Of a stretch of 64,000 bases of DNA, positions 10,168 through 19,733 are shown piece by piece (the stretch's first letter is position 1; each line of letters starts with the position of its first letter). The DNA comes from Pseudomonadota bacterium (GTDB lineage Bacteria > Pseudomonadota > Alphaproteobacteria > CACIAM-22H2). The position numbers and the translations under genes were made by a program. The notes under the pieces are model-generated. The model had not been told where the DNA came from, did not search any database, and was given only the letters and a program-made list of their open reading frames with translations. The stretch covers positions 472-64,471 of the forward strand of contig JBEGVV010000086.1 of assembly GCA_041178225.1 (NCBI GenBank). Reading direction: 5' to 3'.

Positions 10168-11597
10168 GCGGCGCGGGCGCGATCCTCGCCATCGACCAGG
10201 GCACGACCGGCACGAAGGCGATCGCGTGGCGCGATGGCGCGCTGCGCGAGGTCGGGCGGCGCGTCCATCGCCAGATCCGCCCGCGGCAGGGCCATGTCGA
10301 GCACGACCCGATGGAGCTGCTCGGCCACCTGCGCGAGCTCCTCGCGCAGGCAGGGCCGGTCGATCTCGTCGGCATCGCGAACCAGGGCGAGACCGTCGTC
10401 GCCTGGGACGAGGCGACCGGAAGGCCGCTGCACAACGCGCTGGTCTGGCAGGACGAGCGCACCGCCGACGAGGTCGCGCGGCTTCGCGCGGCTGGCGTCG
10501 AGGCGCTGGCGCTCGCGCGCGCGGGCCTGCCGCTCGATCCCTATTTCTCCGCGACCAAGCTGCGCTGGCTGCTCGACAACGCCGAGGGCGCGCGCGAGCT
10601 GCTGCGACTGGGGCGGCTGCGCCTCGGCACGAGCGACGCCTTCTTCCTGCGCAACCTCGCCGGCGCCGGCGCGACGGATCCCTCGACCGCATCGCGCACC
10701 AGCCTGATGGACATCCGCAGCCTGCGCTGGGACGAGGAGCTCTGCGCGGCCTTCGGCGTGCCGCTCGAGTGCCTGCCGGAGATCAGGCCGACGACCGGTC
10801 CCTTCGGCATCGCACCGGGCGGCGCGCGGATCGTGGCCAGCGTCGTCGACCAGCAGGCGGCGCTCTTCGGCCATGGCTGCGAGGCGCCGGGCGACATCAA
10901 GATCACCTTCGGCACGGGCGCCTTCGCGCTCGCGCTCTCGCCCGGCGTGCCCGAGGCGGGTGGCGCCGACGGCCTGCTGCCGACCTGCGCGTGGAAGCTC
11001 GGCGACGCGCCGCCGCGCCATGCGCTCGATGGCGGGATCCTCGCGGCGGGCGCCGCGCTCGAGTGGCTCGGCGAGGTCGGCCTCGTCGCGAGCCACGCGC
11101 AGCTCGACGGGTTCGAGGGGCCCTCGTCGCTGGAGCGCGGCATCGCCTTCGTGCCGGCGCTCGCGGGTCTAGGGTGCCCGCACTGGGACCGCGCGGCGCG
11201 CGGTTGCTGGCTCGGCCTCGACCTCGCGACCGGCGCCGGCGACCTGCGCCGCGCCGTGCTCGAGGGCATCGCGATGCGCGCGGCCGAGCTCGTCGGCGCG
11301 ATGCGCGCGCGGCTGGGATCGGTGTCGCGCGTGGCGGTCGATGGCGGGCTCGTGCGCAGCGCGTTCTTCCGTGTCTTCCTCGCGGATGCGCTGGGCCAGG
11401 CCGTCGAGGTCGCCGCGACGCCGGACATGACGGCGCTCGGCACGCTGCATCTCTGCCTTGCCGCGGCCGGGCGCGCGGAACGGCCGGGCGCGGGCGAGCG
11501 CCTGCGCGTCGAGCCGCGCGCGCCGCTGCCGCCGGAACTGCATGCGCGCTACGCGCGCGCGGTGGAGCTCAGCCGCGCCTGGGGCCGCGGGGGCTGA
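10164..11597 (+). CDS. FGGY-family carbohydrate kinase (glycerol-kinase-like)
   Basis: Met51 of track ORF 10014..11597, ATGA overlap with upstream stop; AILAIDQGTTGTKA ATPase fold, FGTGAF, GG...AAG motifs of FGGY kinases. Confidence 0.8.
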   Translation: MSGAGAILAIDQGTTGTKAIAWRDGALREVGRRVHRQIRPRQGHVEHDPMELLGHLRELLAQAGPVDLVGIANQGETVVAWDEATGRPLHNALVWQDERTADEVARLRAAGVEALALARAGLPLDPYFSATKLRWLLDNAEGARELLRLGRLRLGTSDAFFLRNLAGAGATDPSTASRTSLMDIRSLRWDEELCAAFGVPLECLPEIRPTTGPFGIAPGGARIVASVVDQQAALFGHGCEAPGDIKITFGTGAFALALSPGVPEAGGADGLLPTCAWKLGDAPPRHALDGGILAAGAALEWLGEVGLVASHAQLDGFEGPSSLERGIAFVPALAGLGCPHWDRAARGCWLGLDLATGAGDLRRAVLEGIAMRAAELVGAMRARLGSVSRVAVDGGLVRSAFFRVFLADALGQAVEVAATPDMTALGTLHLCLAAAGRAERPGAGERLRVEPRAPLPPELHARYARAVELSRAWGRGG

Positions 11598-11616
11598 CCG
11601 CCCCGGCGCGCCGCGG

Positions 11617-12915
11617 CTACATCATCTTGCGCGGCAGCCAGAGCGCGAGGTCCGGCACGAAGTAGAGCAGCGCGACCATCAGGCACATCAGCAGGAAGAA
11701 CGGGAAGGCCACCCAGCCGATATAGGTGATCTGGTGGCCGGTCATGCCCTGCAGCACGAAGAGGTTGAAGCCGACGGGCGGCGTGATCTGCGCCATCTCG
11801 ACGACGATCACGATGAAGATGCCGAACCAGACGAGGTCGAAGCCCGCGCGCTCGATCGTCGGCATCACCACCGCCATGGTCAGCACGACCATCGAGATGC
11901 CGTCGAGGAAGCAGCCGAGCACGGAGTAGAACACCGTGAGGATCAGGATCAGCATGCCCGGCCCGAGGTCGAGCGCGTCGATCCATTCCGCGAGCGCGCG
12001 CGGCAATCCCGTGAAGCCCATGGCCAGCGTCAGGAAGGCGGCGCCGGCGAGGATGAAGGCGATCATGCAGGAGAGCCGCGTGGCGCCCATCAGGCTCTCG
12101 ACGAAGACCTGGCGGTTCATGTCGCCCTGCAGCGTGGCCACCAGCAAGGCGCCCGCGACGCCGACGGCCGCGGCCTCGGTGGCGGTGGCGAAGCCGGCGT
12201 AGATCGAGCCGAGAACCAGCACGATCAGGCCGACCGAGGGCAGCAGGAAGCGCGCGGCGTGGATCTTCTCGAACAGGCTCGTGCGCATGTCGGCGGCGGG
12301 GATGCGGTCGGCGTTCGCGAGCGACCAGCCGACGACCCAGGCCATGAAGAGCCCGGCCAGCGCGAGGCCGGGCACCACGCCGGCGATGAAGAGCTGCGCG
12401 ATCGAGGTGTTCGTCTGCACGCCGTACACGATCATGATCAGCGACGGCGGGATCAGCAGGCCGAGCGTCCCCGAGCCGGCGAGCGAGCCGACGATCATGC
12501 CCTCCGGGTAGCCGCGCCGGCGCAGCTCGGGGATCGACATCTTCCCGATCGTCGCGCAGGTGGCCGCCGAGGAACCCGAGATCGCGGCGAAGATCGTGCA
12601 GCCGATGACGTTGGTGTGCAGCAGGCGGCCGGGCAGGCGCTGCATCCATGGCGCGAGGCCGCGGAAGAGGTCCTGCGACAGGCGCGTGCGGAACAGGATC
12701 TCGCCCATCCAGATGAACATCGGCAGGGCGGTGAGCGTCCAGGACGAGGAGGCGCCCCAGATCGTCGTCACCATCGCCGGGCCGACCGGGCGGCTGGTGA
12801 ACAGCTCCATCGCGATCCAGCCGGTGCCCAGCAGGGCGAGGCCGATCCACACGCCGGACCCGAGGATGGCGAACATCAGCAGGATGAGCAGGCCCGCGAT
12901 CTCGAGGTTGGCCAT
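11617..12915 (-). CDS. dctM: TRAP transporter large permease (DctM family)
   Basis: 432 aa polytopic membrane protein with typical DctM composition; clustered with DctQ and DctP. Confidence 0.88.
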   Translation of the reverse strand: MANLEIAGLLILLMFAILGSGVWIGLALLGTGWIAMELFTSRPVGPAMVTTIWGASSSWTLTALPMFIWMGEILFRTRLSQDLFRGLAPWMQRLPGRLLHTNVIGCTIFAAISGSSAATCATIGKMSIPELRRRGYPEGMIVGSLAGSGTLGLLIPPSLIMIVYGVQTNTSIAQLFIAGVVPGLALAGLFMAWVVGWSLANADRIPAADMRTSLFEKIHAARFLLPSVGLIVLVLGSIYAGFATATEAAAVGVAGALLVATLQGDMNRQVFVESLMGATRLSCMIAFILAGAAFLTLAMGFTGLPRALAEWIDALDLGPGMLILILTVFYSVLGCFLDGISMVVLTMAVVMPTIERAGFDLVWFGIFIVIVVEMAQITPPVGFNLFVLQGMTGHQITYIGWVAFPFFLLMCLMVALLYFVPDLALWLPRKMM

Positions 12916-12928
12916 GGCGCGGCGCGTC

Positions 12929-13444
12929 CTACTCGGTGTGCTGCAGTTCGGCGGTGAGGTCGCTCGCGGCCGGGTCGCGGCCGCGCAGCACCTCGACGAA
13001 CTCGTCGACGAAGGCGATGGCGAGCACCGTCACGCCCAGCGCCATCGCGCTCTGCGGGATCCAGAGCGGCGAGGCGTCCATCGCGTCGGAGCGCGAGTCG
13101 AACTCCCAGGACCAGTAGACCATGTCCCACGCGTACCAGGCGAAGAAGCCCGAGAGCAGGATGGCGACGGCGAGGCACCAGTACTCGATCCAGCGGCGCG
13201 CACGACCGCCGAAGCGCTGGATGACGAGGGTCACGCGGATATGCTCGCCGCGCCTGAGCGTGCTCGCGAGCGCGAAGAAGGAGGACGCCGCCATCGCGTA
13301 GCCGGCATAGGCGTCCGTCCCGCGCACGTAGAGGTCCGTGAAGCCGCCGACCACCTGCAGCAGCGTGACGACGAGGATCGCCACCATGCCGAGGCCCGCG
13401 GCCCAGGCGCTGGCGGCGTAGAGGCCGTCGAGGAACCTGCGCAT
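12929..13444 (-). CDS. dctQ: TRAP transporter small permease (DctQ family)
   Basis: 171 aa, 4 TM segments, directly upstream of dctM. Confidence 0.82.
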   Translation of the reverse strand: MRRFLDGLYAASAWAAGLGMVAILVVTLLQVVGGFTDLYVRGTDAYAGYAMAASSFFALASTLRRGEHIRVTLVIQRFGGRARRWIEYWCLAVAILLSGFFAWYAWDMVYWSWEFDSRSDAMDASPLWIPQSAMALGVTVLAIAFVDEFVEVLRGRDPAASDLTAELQHTE

Positions 13445-13504
13445 GCCCTGTGCTCCGGGGCCAGGGGCCGGCGCCCGCCCTGCGGCGGGGCCGGCCCCGG
13501 CCGT

Positions 13505-14506
13505 TCAGGCGCCTGCCTTGTATGCCGCGACGAGGGCCTGGCCGTCGGCGCCGGCGCGGCCGAGCCAGTCCTTGGCCAGTTCCTCGCCCCAGCGCTGGAA
13601 GCCGGCCTTGAGCGCGGCCGAGGGCGCCTCGACGGTCATGCCGTTCTTGCGGAACTCGTCGAGGTAGAAGTTGGCGAGCCGCTCGGACTCCGCCCAGCCG
13701 CGCGCCTCGGCGACCTCCGCCGCCTTGGCGACGGCGGCGCGCGTCGCGTCGTCGAGCGAGGCCCAGGCGCGCTGGTTCACCATGACCATGTTCTTCGGCA
13801 GCCAGGCCTGCACGTCGTAGAAGAACTTCACGTGCTCCCAGATCTTGGCGTCGTAGCCGGTCGAGCCGGAGGAGATCATCGAGTTGACGCGGCCCGAGGC
13901 GAGCGCCTGCACGAGCTCGGCCGCCTGGATGGTCGTGACGCGCATGCCGGCGAGCTCGGCGAAGCGCCCCGCCGAGGCGCCGTAGGAGCGGAAGGACAGG
14001 CCGCGCAGGTCCTCGGGCGCGTTGAGCGCCTTCGGGCTGTAGAAGCCCTGCGCGGGCCAGGGCACGGCGAAGAGCATGCGCACGCCGCGCGACTGCAGGC
14101 GCTTCTCGACCAGCGGCTTCTGCACGCCGGCGAGGCGCCGGGCCTGCGGGAAGGACGTGGCGAGGAAGGGGACGTTGTCGGCCCCGAAGAGCGCGTCCTC
14201 GTTCTCGAGCACGACCATGAGCAGCTCGCCCATCTGCGCCTGGTTCGTCTGCACCGCGCGCATGATCTCCGGCACCTTGAACAGCGAGGCGCCGGCATGG
14301 ACCGTGATCTCGAGCTTGCCGGCCGTCGCGTCCTTCACGTCCTTGGCGAACTGGATGAGGTTCACGGAGTGGAAGTTGGTCGCCGGGTAGCCGGCCGGCA
14401 GGTCCCATTTCCACTTCGCCTGGGACGCGGCGGGACGGGCGATGGCGGCCGCGGCGAGGCCGGCGGCGGCGCCGCGCGCGAGGCGGCGGCGGGAGATGGT
14501 CTGCAT
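13505..14506 (-). CDS. dctP: TRAP transporter substrate-binding protein (DctP family), Tat signal
   Basis: SRRRLARGAAAGLAAAAIA twin-arginine signal; 333 aa periplasmic SBP upstream of dctQM. Confidence 0.85.
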   Translation of the reverse strand: MQTISRRRLARGAAAGLAAAAIARPAASQAKWKWDLPAGYPATNFHSVNLIQFAKDVKDATAGKLEITVHAGASLFKVPEIMRAVQTNQAQMGELLMVVLENEDALFGADNVPFLATSFPQARRLAGVQKPLVEKRLQSRGVRMLFAVPWPAQGFYSPKALNAPEDLRGLSFRSYGASAGRFAELAGMRVTTIQAAELVQALASGRVNSMISSGSTGYDAKIWEHVKFFYDVQAWLPKNMVMVNQRAWASLDDATRAAVAKAAEVAEARGWAESERLANFYLDEFRKNGMTVEAPSAALKAGFQRWGEELAKDWLGRAGADGQALVAAYKAGA

Positions 14507-14731
14507 GGGGGGCTCCCTGTGTCTGCTTGCCTGGAGGGGGGCCCGGCGCTCGGCCGGGCGGGGTGGCCGGAGGCTAGGCCGCGGCGCGGAACCCGGTCAA
14601 GAAAGCCCCCCGGTAGGCGATGGCGCCGCGCCGGATGCCGGATTAACCTTGCGGCGACGACGGGTGTCGCGGGGTGGCGACGCCCGCGGGGACCGGGCCG
14701 CGCGGCGGCCCGCAACAGGGGAGACGCAGGA

Positions 14732-16021
14732 ATGTCACGGATTGGACGCAGGACCGCGATCGGCGCAGCGCTGGGCGTCGCGATGGCGGCGGGCGCTGCC
14801 TCGGCGCAGGACGTCGAGGTGAGGATGTACTTCCCGGTCGCCGTCGGCGGCCCGGTGACGAAGATCATCGACGAGTACGCCGCGGGCTTCGAGAAGGAGA
14901 ACCCGGGGATCAAGGTCAAGCCGATCTATGCCGGCGACTACCAGCAGACCGTCGCCAAGGTGCTGACCGCCATCAAGGGCGGCGACGTGCCCGAGACCGC
15001 GATCCTGCTCGCCGCCGACCTCTTCCTGCTCGAGGACGAGGGCGTGATCGTGCCGATCGAGGACTTCGCGAGGACCGCCGAGGACAAGGCCTGGCTCGCG
15101 ACCTTCTACCCGGCGTTCATGGAGAACGCGAAGCTCAAGGGCAAGGCCTACGCGATCCCGTTCCAGCGCTCGACGCCGGTGCTCTACTGGAACAAGGAGC
15201 ACTTCAAGGCCGCCGGCCTCGACCCCGACAAGGGGCCGCGCAACTGGGCCGAGATGCGCGAGATGGCGAAGAAGCTGACGAAGAAGGATGCCTCGGGCGC
15301 CGTCACGCAATGGGGCATCCAGATCCCGTCCGACGGCAACACCGCCTGGCTGTTCACCGGCATGACGACCGGCAACGGCGCGCGGCTCACCAACGCCGAC
15401 GGCAACAAGGTCTCCTTCGACGACCCGAAGGTCGTGGAGGCCGTGCAGGCCTGGCACGACCTCTCGCGCGTCGACGGCACGCAGCCGCGCGGCCTGATCT
15501 CCTGGGGCGCCACGCCGCGCGACTTCATCGACGGCAAGGCCTCGATGATCTGGCACACCACCGGCAACCTCACCAACGTCCGCACGAACGCGAAGTTCGA
15601 CTTCGGCGTCGCCTTCCTGCCCGGCCTCCGGCAGAACGGCGCCCCGACGGGCGGCGGCAACTTCTACATCTTCAAGGGCGCGCCGCGCGCCAAGCAGGAA
15701 GCGGCGTTCAAGTTCGTGAAGTGGATGACCACGCCGGAGCGCGCCGCCGACTGGTCGGTGAAGACCGGCTACGTCGCCACCTCGGCGGCCGCCTACGACA
15801 CGCCGACGCTCAAGGCCTACACCGCGGGCTTCCCGCAGGCGATCGTGGCGCGCGACCAGCTCAAGGAGGCCGTGCCCGAGCTCACGACCCACGAGAACCA
15901 GCGCGTGACCAAGGTCTTCAACGACGCGCTGCAGGCGGCGATGACGGGCTCCCGCCCGGCCGAGGCGGCGCTCAAGGACGCGCAGCGCGAGGCCGAGCGC
16001 ATCCTCAAGGACTTCAAGTGA
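14732..16021 (+). CDS. ABC transporter substrate-binding protein, family 1 (sugar / polyol / G3P type), orphan (no cognate permease/ATPase adjacent)
   Basis: 429-aa C-terminal portion of track ORF 12560..16021 starting MSRIGRRTAIGAALGVAMAAGAASAQ (Tat-like signal); GGAG upstream; followed by strong GC hairpin. Confidence 0.8.
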   Translation: MSRIGRRTAIGAALGVAMAAGAASAQDVEVRMYFPVAVGGPVTKIIDEYAAGFEKENPGIKVKPIYAGDYQQTVAKVLTAIKGGDVPETAILLAADLFLLEDEGVIVPIEDFARTAEDKAWLATFYPAFMENAKLKGKAYAIPFQRSTPVLYWNKEHFKAAGLDPDKGPRNWAEMREMAKKLTKKDASGAVTQWGIQIPSDGNTAWLFTGMTTGNGARLTNADGNKVSFDDPKVVEAVQAWHDLSRVDGTQPRGLISWGATPRDFIDGKASMIWHTTGNLTNVRTNAKFDFGVAFLPGLRQNGAPTGGGNFYIFKGAPRAKQEAAFKFVKWMTTPERAADWSVKTGYVATSAAAYDTPTLKAYTAGFPQAIVARDQLKEAVPELTTHENQRVTKVFNDALQAAMTGSRPAEAALKDAQREAERILKDFK

Positions 16022-16026
16022 GGCCC

Positions 16027-16060
16027 TGCCCCTTCCCGCGCCCCGGCGCGGGAAGGGGCG
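16027..16060 (+). terminator. GC-rich perfect inverted repeat (CCCCTTCCCGCGCC..GGCGCGGGAAGGGG, ~13-bp stem) immediately after SBP stop; no U-tract
   Basis: read directly from sequence 8 nt after stop at 16021; U-less hairpin terminators are common in high-GC alphaproteobacteria. Confidence 0.45.
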
Positions 16061-16139
16061 GACGGCCCGCGCGGGGCCCCGGCCCCGCGCGGCGCCCTCC
16101 TTCCCGCCTGCCCCTCCACAGCCGCCGCGCGCCGGTGCT

Positions 16140-16976
16140 ATGGATCGGGGCATGAGCCTTCCCCCCGGGGACGCGCCGGCGGTCGCGCTGCGCGGCGTCT
16201 CCATCTCCTTCGCCGTCGATGGCGGTGGCGCCTACGACGCCGTCGCACGGACCGACCTCTCGGTCGCGCCGGGCGAGTTCGTGGCCATCGTCGGGCCGAC
16301 GGGCTGCGGCAAGTCGACCCTGCTCAACGTCGCGGCCGGGCTGCTGCGCCCCTCGACCGGTGGCACGGAGATCCTCGGCGCGCGGCTCGAGGGCCTGAAC
16401 GCGCGCGCCGGCTACCTGTTCCAGCAGGACGCGCTGATGCCCTGGAAGACCGCGCTCGACAACGTCGCGGTCGCGCTCGAGCCGCAGGGCGTCGCGCGCG
16501 CCGAGGCGCTCGACCGCGCGCGGGCCTGGCTGGCGCGGGTGGGGCTCGAGGCCTTCGCCGCGCGCTACCCGCACATGCTCTCCGGCGGCCAGCGCAAGCG
16601 CGTGGCGCTCGCGCAGGTGCTGATCCGCGACCCCGCCATCCTGCTGATGGACGAGCCCTTCGGGCCGCTCGACGCGCAGACGCGGCAGATCATGGGCAAC
16701 CTGCTGCTCGACCTCTGGGCGCGCGACCGCAAGGCGGTGATGTTCGTCACCCACGACCTCGAGGAGGCGATCGCGCTCTCCGACCGAGTCGTCGTGATGT
16801 CGGCGGGGCCGGCGGCCTCGATCGTCGACGACTTCCGCGTGGACCTCGCGCGCCCGCGCGACATCGCGGAGATCCGCACCGAGCCGGCCTTCCACGAGAT
16901 ACACCGGGCGATCTGGGCCAAGCTGCGCGGCGAGGTGCGCAAGGCCTACGCGCTCGGGGAGGGAAGGGCGTCGTGA
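16140..16976 (+). CDS. ABC transporter ATP-binding protein (NitT/TauT family)
   Basis: Walker A GPTGCGKST, signature LSGGQRKRVALA, Walker B LLMDEPFGPLD. Confidence 0.9.
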   Translation: MDRGMSLPPGDAPAVALRGVSISFAVDGGGAYDAVARTDLSVAPGEFVAIVGPTGCGKSTLLNVAAGLLRPSTGGTEILGARLEGLNARAGYLFQQDALMPWKTALDNVAVALEPQGVARAEALDRARAWLARVGLEAFAARYPHMLSGGQRKRVALAQVLIRDPAILLMDEPFGPLDAQTRQIMGNLLLDLWARDRKAVMFVTHDLEEAIALSDRVVVMSAGPAASIVDDFRVDLARPRDIAEIRTEPAFHEIHRAIWAKLRGEVRKAYALGEGRAS

Positions 16977-17767
16977 ACCGGCTCGTCCTGCTCGCGCTGC
17001 GCATCGCCGTCGCGCTGATCCTGCTCGCGGCCTGGCACGTGCTGACGACGGTGCCGATCGGCGGCAGGAAGCTGCTCGACCCCTTCTTCTTCTCGACGCC
17101 GCTCGACGTGCTCGCGCGCGTCTGGAAGGACTTCGCGGGCGGCGGCATCTGGCGCCACCTCGGGATCACGCTGCTGGAGACGGTGCTGGCCTTCACCATC
17201 GGCTCGGTCGGCGGGATCGTCTTCGGCTTCGTCTTCGCGCGCGGCGAGCTCGTCGCCGCCGTGTTCGACCCGTACATCAAGGCCGCGAACGCGCTGCCGC
17301 GCGTGGTGCTGGCGCCGATCTTCGCGCTCTGGTTCGGCCTCGGCATCTGGTCGAAGGTCGCGCTCGGCTTCACGCTCGTGTTCTTCATCGTGTTCTTCAA
17401 CGTCTACCAGGGCGTGCGCGAGGTCAGCCCGACGATCCTCGCCAACGCCCGGATGCTCGGCATGAACGAGCGCCAGCTCCTGCGCCATGTCTACTGGCCG
17501 GCGGCGCTGACCTGGATGTTCTCCTCGCTGCATACCGCCGTGGGCTTCGCGCTGGTCGGCGCCGTCGTGGGCGAGTATCTCGGCTCGGCCGCGGGGCTTG
17601 GCTACAAGATCCACGAGGCGGAGAGCGTCTTCGACGTCACCGGCGTCTTCGCCGGGATGCTGATCCTCGCGGTCTTCGTGATCGTCATCGATTCCGTCGT
17701 CACCGCGATCGAGAAGCGCCTGCTCGTCTGGCGCCCCGGGCAGGCCTCGACGACGGCGCAGGGCTGA
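16973..17767 (+). CDS. ABC transporter permease (NitT/TauT family)
   Basis: 264 aa, 6 TM, GTGA overlap with ATPase stop. Confidence 0.85.
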   Translation: MNRLVLLALRIAVALILLAAWHVLTTVPIGGRKLLDPFFFSTPLDVLARVWKDFAGGGIWRHLGITLLETVLAFTIGSVGGIVFGFVFARGELVAAVFDPYIKAANALPRVVLAPIFALWFGLGIWSKVALGFTLVFFIVFFNVYQGVREVSPTILANARMLGMNERQLLRHVYWPAALTWMFSSLHTAVGFALVGAVVGEYLGSAAGLGYKIHEAESVFDVTGVFAGMLILAVFVIVIDSVVTAIEKRLLVWRPGQASTTAQG

Positions 17768-17789
17768 GGCAGCGACACAGGAGGAAACC

Positions 17790-18815
17790 ATGACCACTCG
17801 CAGGATGTTCACCGCCGGCGCGGCCGGCCTTGCCACGCTCGCACTCGCGCCCGGCGCCAAGGCGCAGGCGCTGGAGAAGCCGAAGCTGACGATCGGCGTC
17901 GGCGGCAAGCCGCTGCTCTACTACCTGCCGCTCACCATCGCGGAGACGCGCGGCTTCTTCCGCGAGGAGGGGCTGCAGGTCGAGACGAACGACTTCGGCG
18001 GCGGCTCGCGCGCGCTGCAGGCGCTGCTCGGCGGCTCGGTGGACCTGGTCACGGGCGCCTACGAGCACACGATCCGCATGCAGACCAAGGGCCAGGACGT
18101 GCGCGCCGTGCTCGAGCTCGGCCGCTTCCCGGGCATCGTGCTCGCCGTGCGCAAGGACCGCGCGGGGCAGATCAAGGGGCCGGCCGACCTCAAGGGCGCG
18201 AAGATCGGCGTCACCGCGCCGGGATCCTCGACCAACTTCTTCGTCAACTTCCTGATGGCGAAGGCCGGGGCCAACCCGAAGGACGCCGCCTTCATCGGCG
18301 TGGGCACCGGGCTGAGCGCGGTGGCCGCGATGAAGAAGGGCGAGATCGACGCGATCTCGAACCTCGACCCGGTGATCTCGAAGCTGGAGACCGACGGCGA
18401 CATCGTCGTCATGGCCGACACGCGCACCGAGGCCGGCACCAAGGCGATCTTCGGCGGCGCCAACCCGGCCGCGGTCGTCTACATGCGCAACGACTTCATC
18501 GAGCGCCACCCGAACACGACCCAGGCCATCGTCAACGCCTTCCACAAGGCGCTGCGCTGGATCGCCACGGCGAGCCCCGACGACATCGCGAAGTCGGTGC
18601 CGGAGACCTACTACCTCGGCGACCGCGCGCTCTACGTGCGCGCCGTGAAGGCCTCGCTCGAGACCTACTCGCGCGACGGCATCATCCGGCTCGACGGCAT
18701 GCGGAGCGCGCTCGGCATGCTCAAGGAGTTCGACGACGAACTGAAGAACGTCCGGGACGAGGACCTGCCCAGGACCTTCGTCGAGCGCTTCGCGCGCAAG
18801 GCGGGCGGCGGCTGA
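17790..18815 (+). CDS. ABC transporter substrate-binding protein (NitT/TauT / SsuA-like)
   Basis: 341 aa, signal peptide, completes ATPase-permease-SBP set. Confidence 0.8.
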   Translation: MTTRRMFTAGAAGLATLALAPGAKAQALEKPKLTIGVGGKPLLYYLPLTIAETRGFFREEGLQVETNDFGGGSRALQALLGGSVDLVTGAYEHTIRMQTKGQDVRAVLELGRFPGIVLAVRKDRAGQIKGPADLKGAKIGVTAPGSSTNFFVNFLMAKAGANPKDAAFIGVGTGLSAVAAMKKGEIDAISNLDPVISKLETDGDIVVMADTRTEAGTKAIFGGANPAAVVYMRNDFIERHPNTTQAIVNAFHKALRWIATASPDDIAKSVPETYYLGDRALYVRAVKASLETYSRDGIIRLDGMRSALGMLKEFDDELKNVRDEDLPRTFVERFARKAGGG

Positions 18816-18822
18816 CCCGGCT

Positions 18823-18846
18823 GGGCGGGTGCCCGCCCTGGCGGGC
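18823..18846 (+). terminator. overlapping GC hairpins GGGCGGG-TG-CCCGCCC-TG-GCGGGC after transporter operon
   Basis: 8 nt after stop at 18815; alternative stems, no U-tract. Confidence 0.3.
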
Positions 18847-18859
18847 TGATCCACCCGCT

Positions 18860-19534
18860 ATGGATCGGATAGCCGTGGCCGGCTTCGCGACCTGCATCGA
18901 TCCTTGCTCCCAAGGCCGTGGCGCGCTGGCGCCACGCCTCGCCGCACGAGCGGCGAGGCCCGGGGCCAGGAGGAGCAACGACGTGCTGGTCCTTAGCGAG
19001 ATAAGCGTGTCGCGCGCGCGTTTGGCCCGCATCCTCGCCGCCTGCGCGCGCGCGCCGGCCGTGGTGGTCGATTTCTACCGGCCCGTCGGCCTTGTCCACC
19101 AGCGCGAGCACTACTTCCTCGACGTGGTCGACGCCGAGGGCAACATCCAGGGATCGGTCGCCGCCGGAGAGGGGTGGTCCGGCGCGATGGTCTGGACGAA
19201 CCTGCACGAGATCAGGCGGGCCCTGCGGCAGCGGCAGGACGCGTTCGTCTGCCTCCAGGTCGGGCACGAGACCCTCCTCGTCGATGGTCGCCCGGTATCC
19301 TACGCGGATCCGCTCAAGGGCCTCGACATCGCGCGTGCCGAGGGCGGCCCCCCGGTCGTGGAGTTCGCGGACGAGCCCGAACCGGTCCTCGTCCTTGGAA
19401 TCGACGACACCGCCGATGCAGCCGATGGGCACGCGACCCTGCGCCATGCGGCGATCGAGGTCCCGCCGGCCATCGCCGGCTTGCCGGTCGAGGGCGTGGC
19501 ATGGCTCGGCGGCGAGGGAAAGCCGGCATCCTGA
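18860..19534 (+). CDS. hypothetical protein (no recognisable domain); alternative GTG start at 18983 after GGAGGAGCAACGAC
   Basis: track ORF; several rare codons (ATA, CTT, TTA-type) in its 5' region. Confidence 0.4.
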   Translation: MDRIAVAGFATCIDPCSQGRGALAPRLAARAARPGARRSNDVLVLSEISVSRARLARILAACARAPAVVVDFYRPVGLVHQREHYFLDVVDAEGNIQGSVAAGEGWSGAMVWTNLHEIRRALRQRQDAFVCLQVGHETLLVDGRPVSYADPLKGLDIARAEGGPPVVEFADEPEPVLVLGIDDTADAADGHATLRHAAIEVPPAIAGLPVEGVAWLGGEGKPAS

Positions 19535-19733
19535 CATCCGGAACGTGGCCGGGGCGCTCCATCCGGAACGGATGAATCCCCGGCGCGATCGCGGCGAATC
19601 GACTCATCTTGGCGCTGCCGCGTGCATGCGATGCTGGGTCGGGCCTTCCGCCCCGTCCTGGCCGCTTGCTCGGGGACATGTTCCCCGGGGCGTCGCCCCG
19701 ACGAATTGATCTTCGCAGGGTGGGTGGACTGAC

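Noticed and set aside
11598-11616. Short palindrome CGGCGCGCCG between the convergent kinase and dctM stops as a bidirectional terminator
   Set aside because: It is only a 10-nt palindrome in a 19-bp gap, too short and GC-generic to call confidently.
12560-14731. N-terminal 720 aa of the 1153-aa ORF 12560..16021(+)
   Set aside because: It is antisense to dctM/dctQ/dctP and has a junk-like Arg/Gly composition. Only the C-terminal 429 aa from the Met at 14732 is the solute-binding protein.
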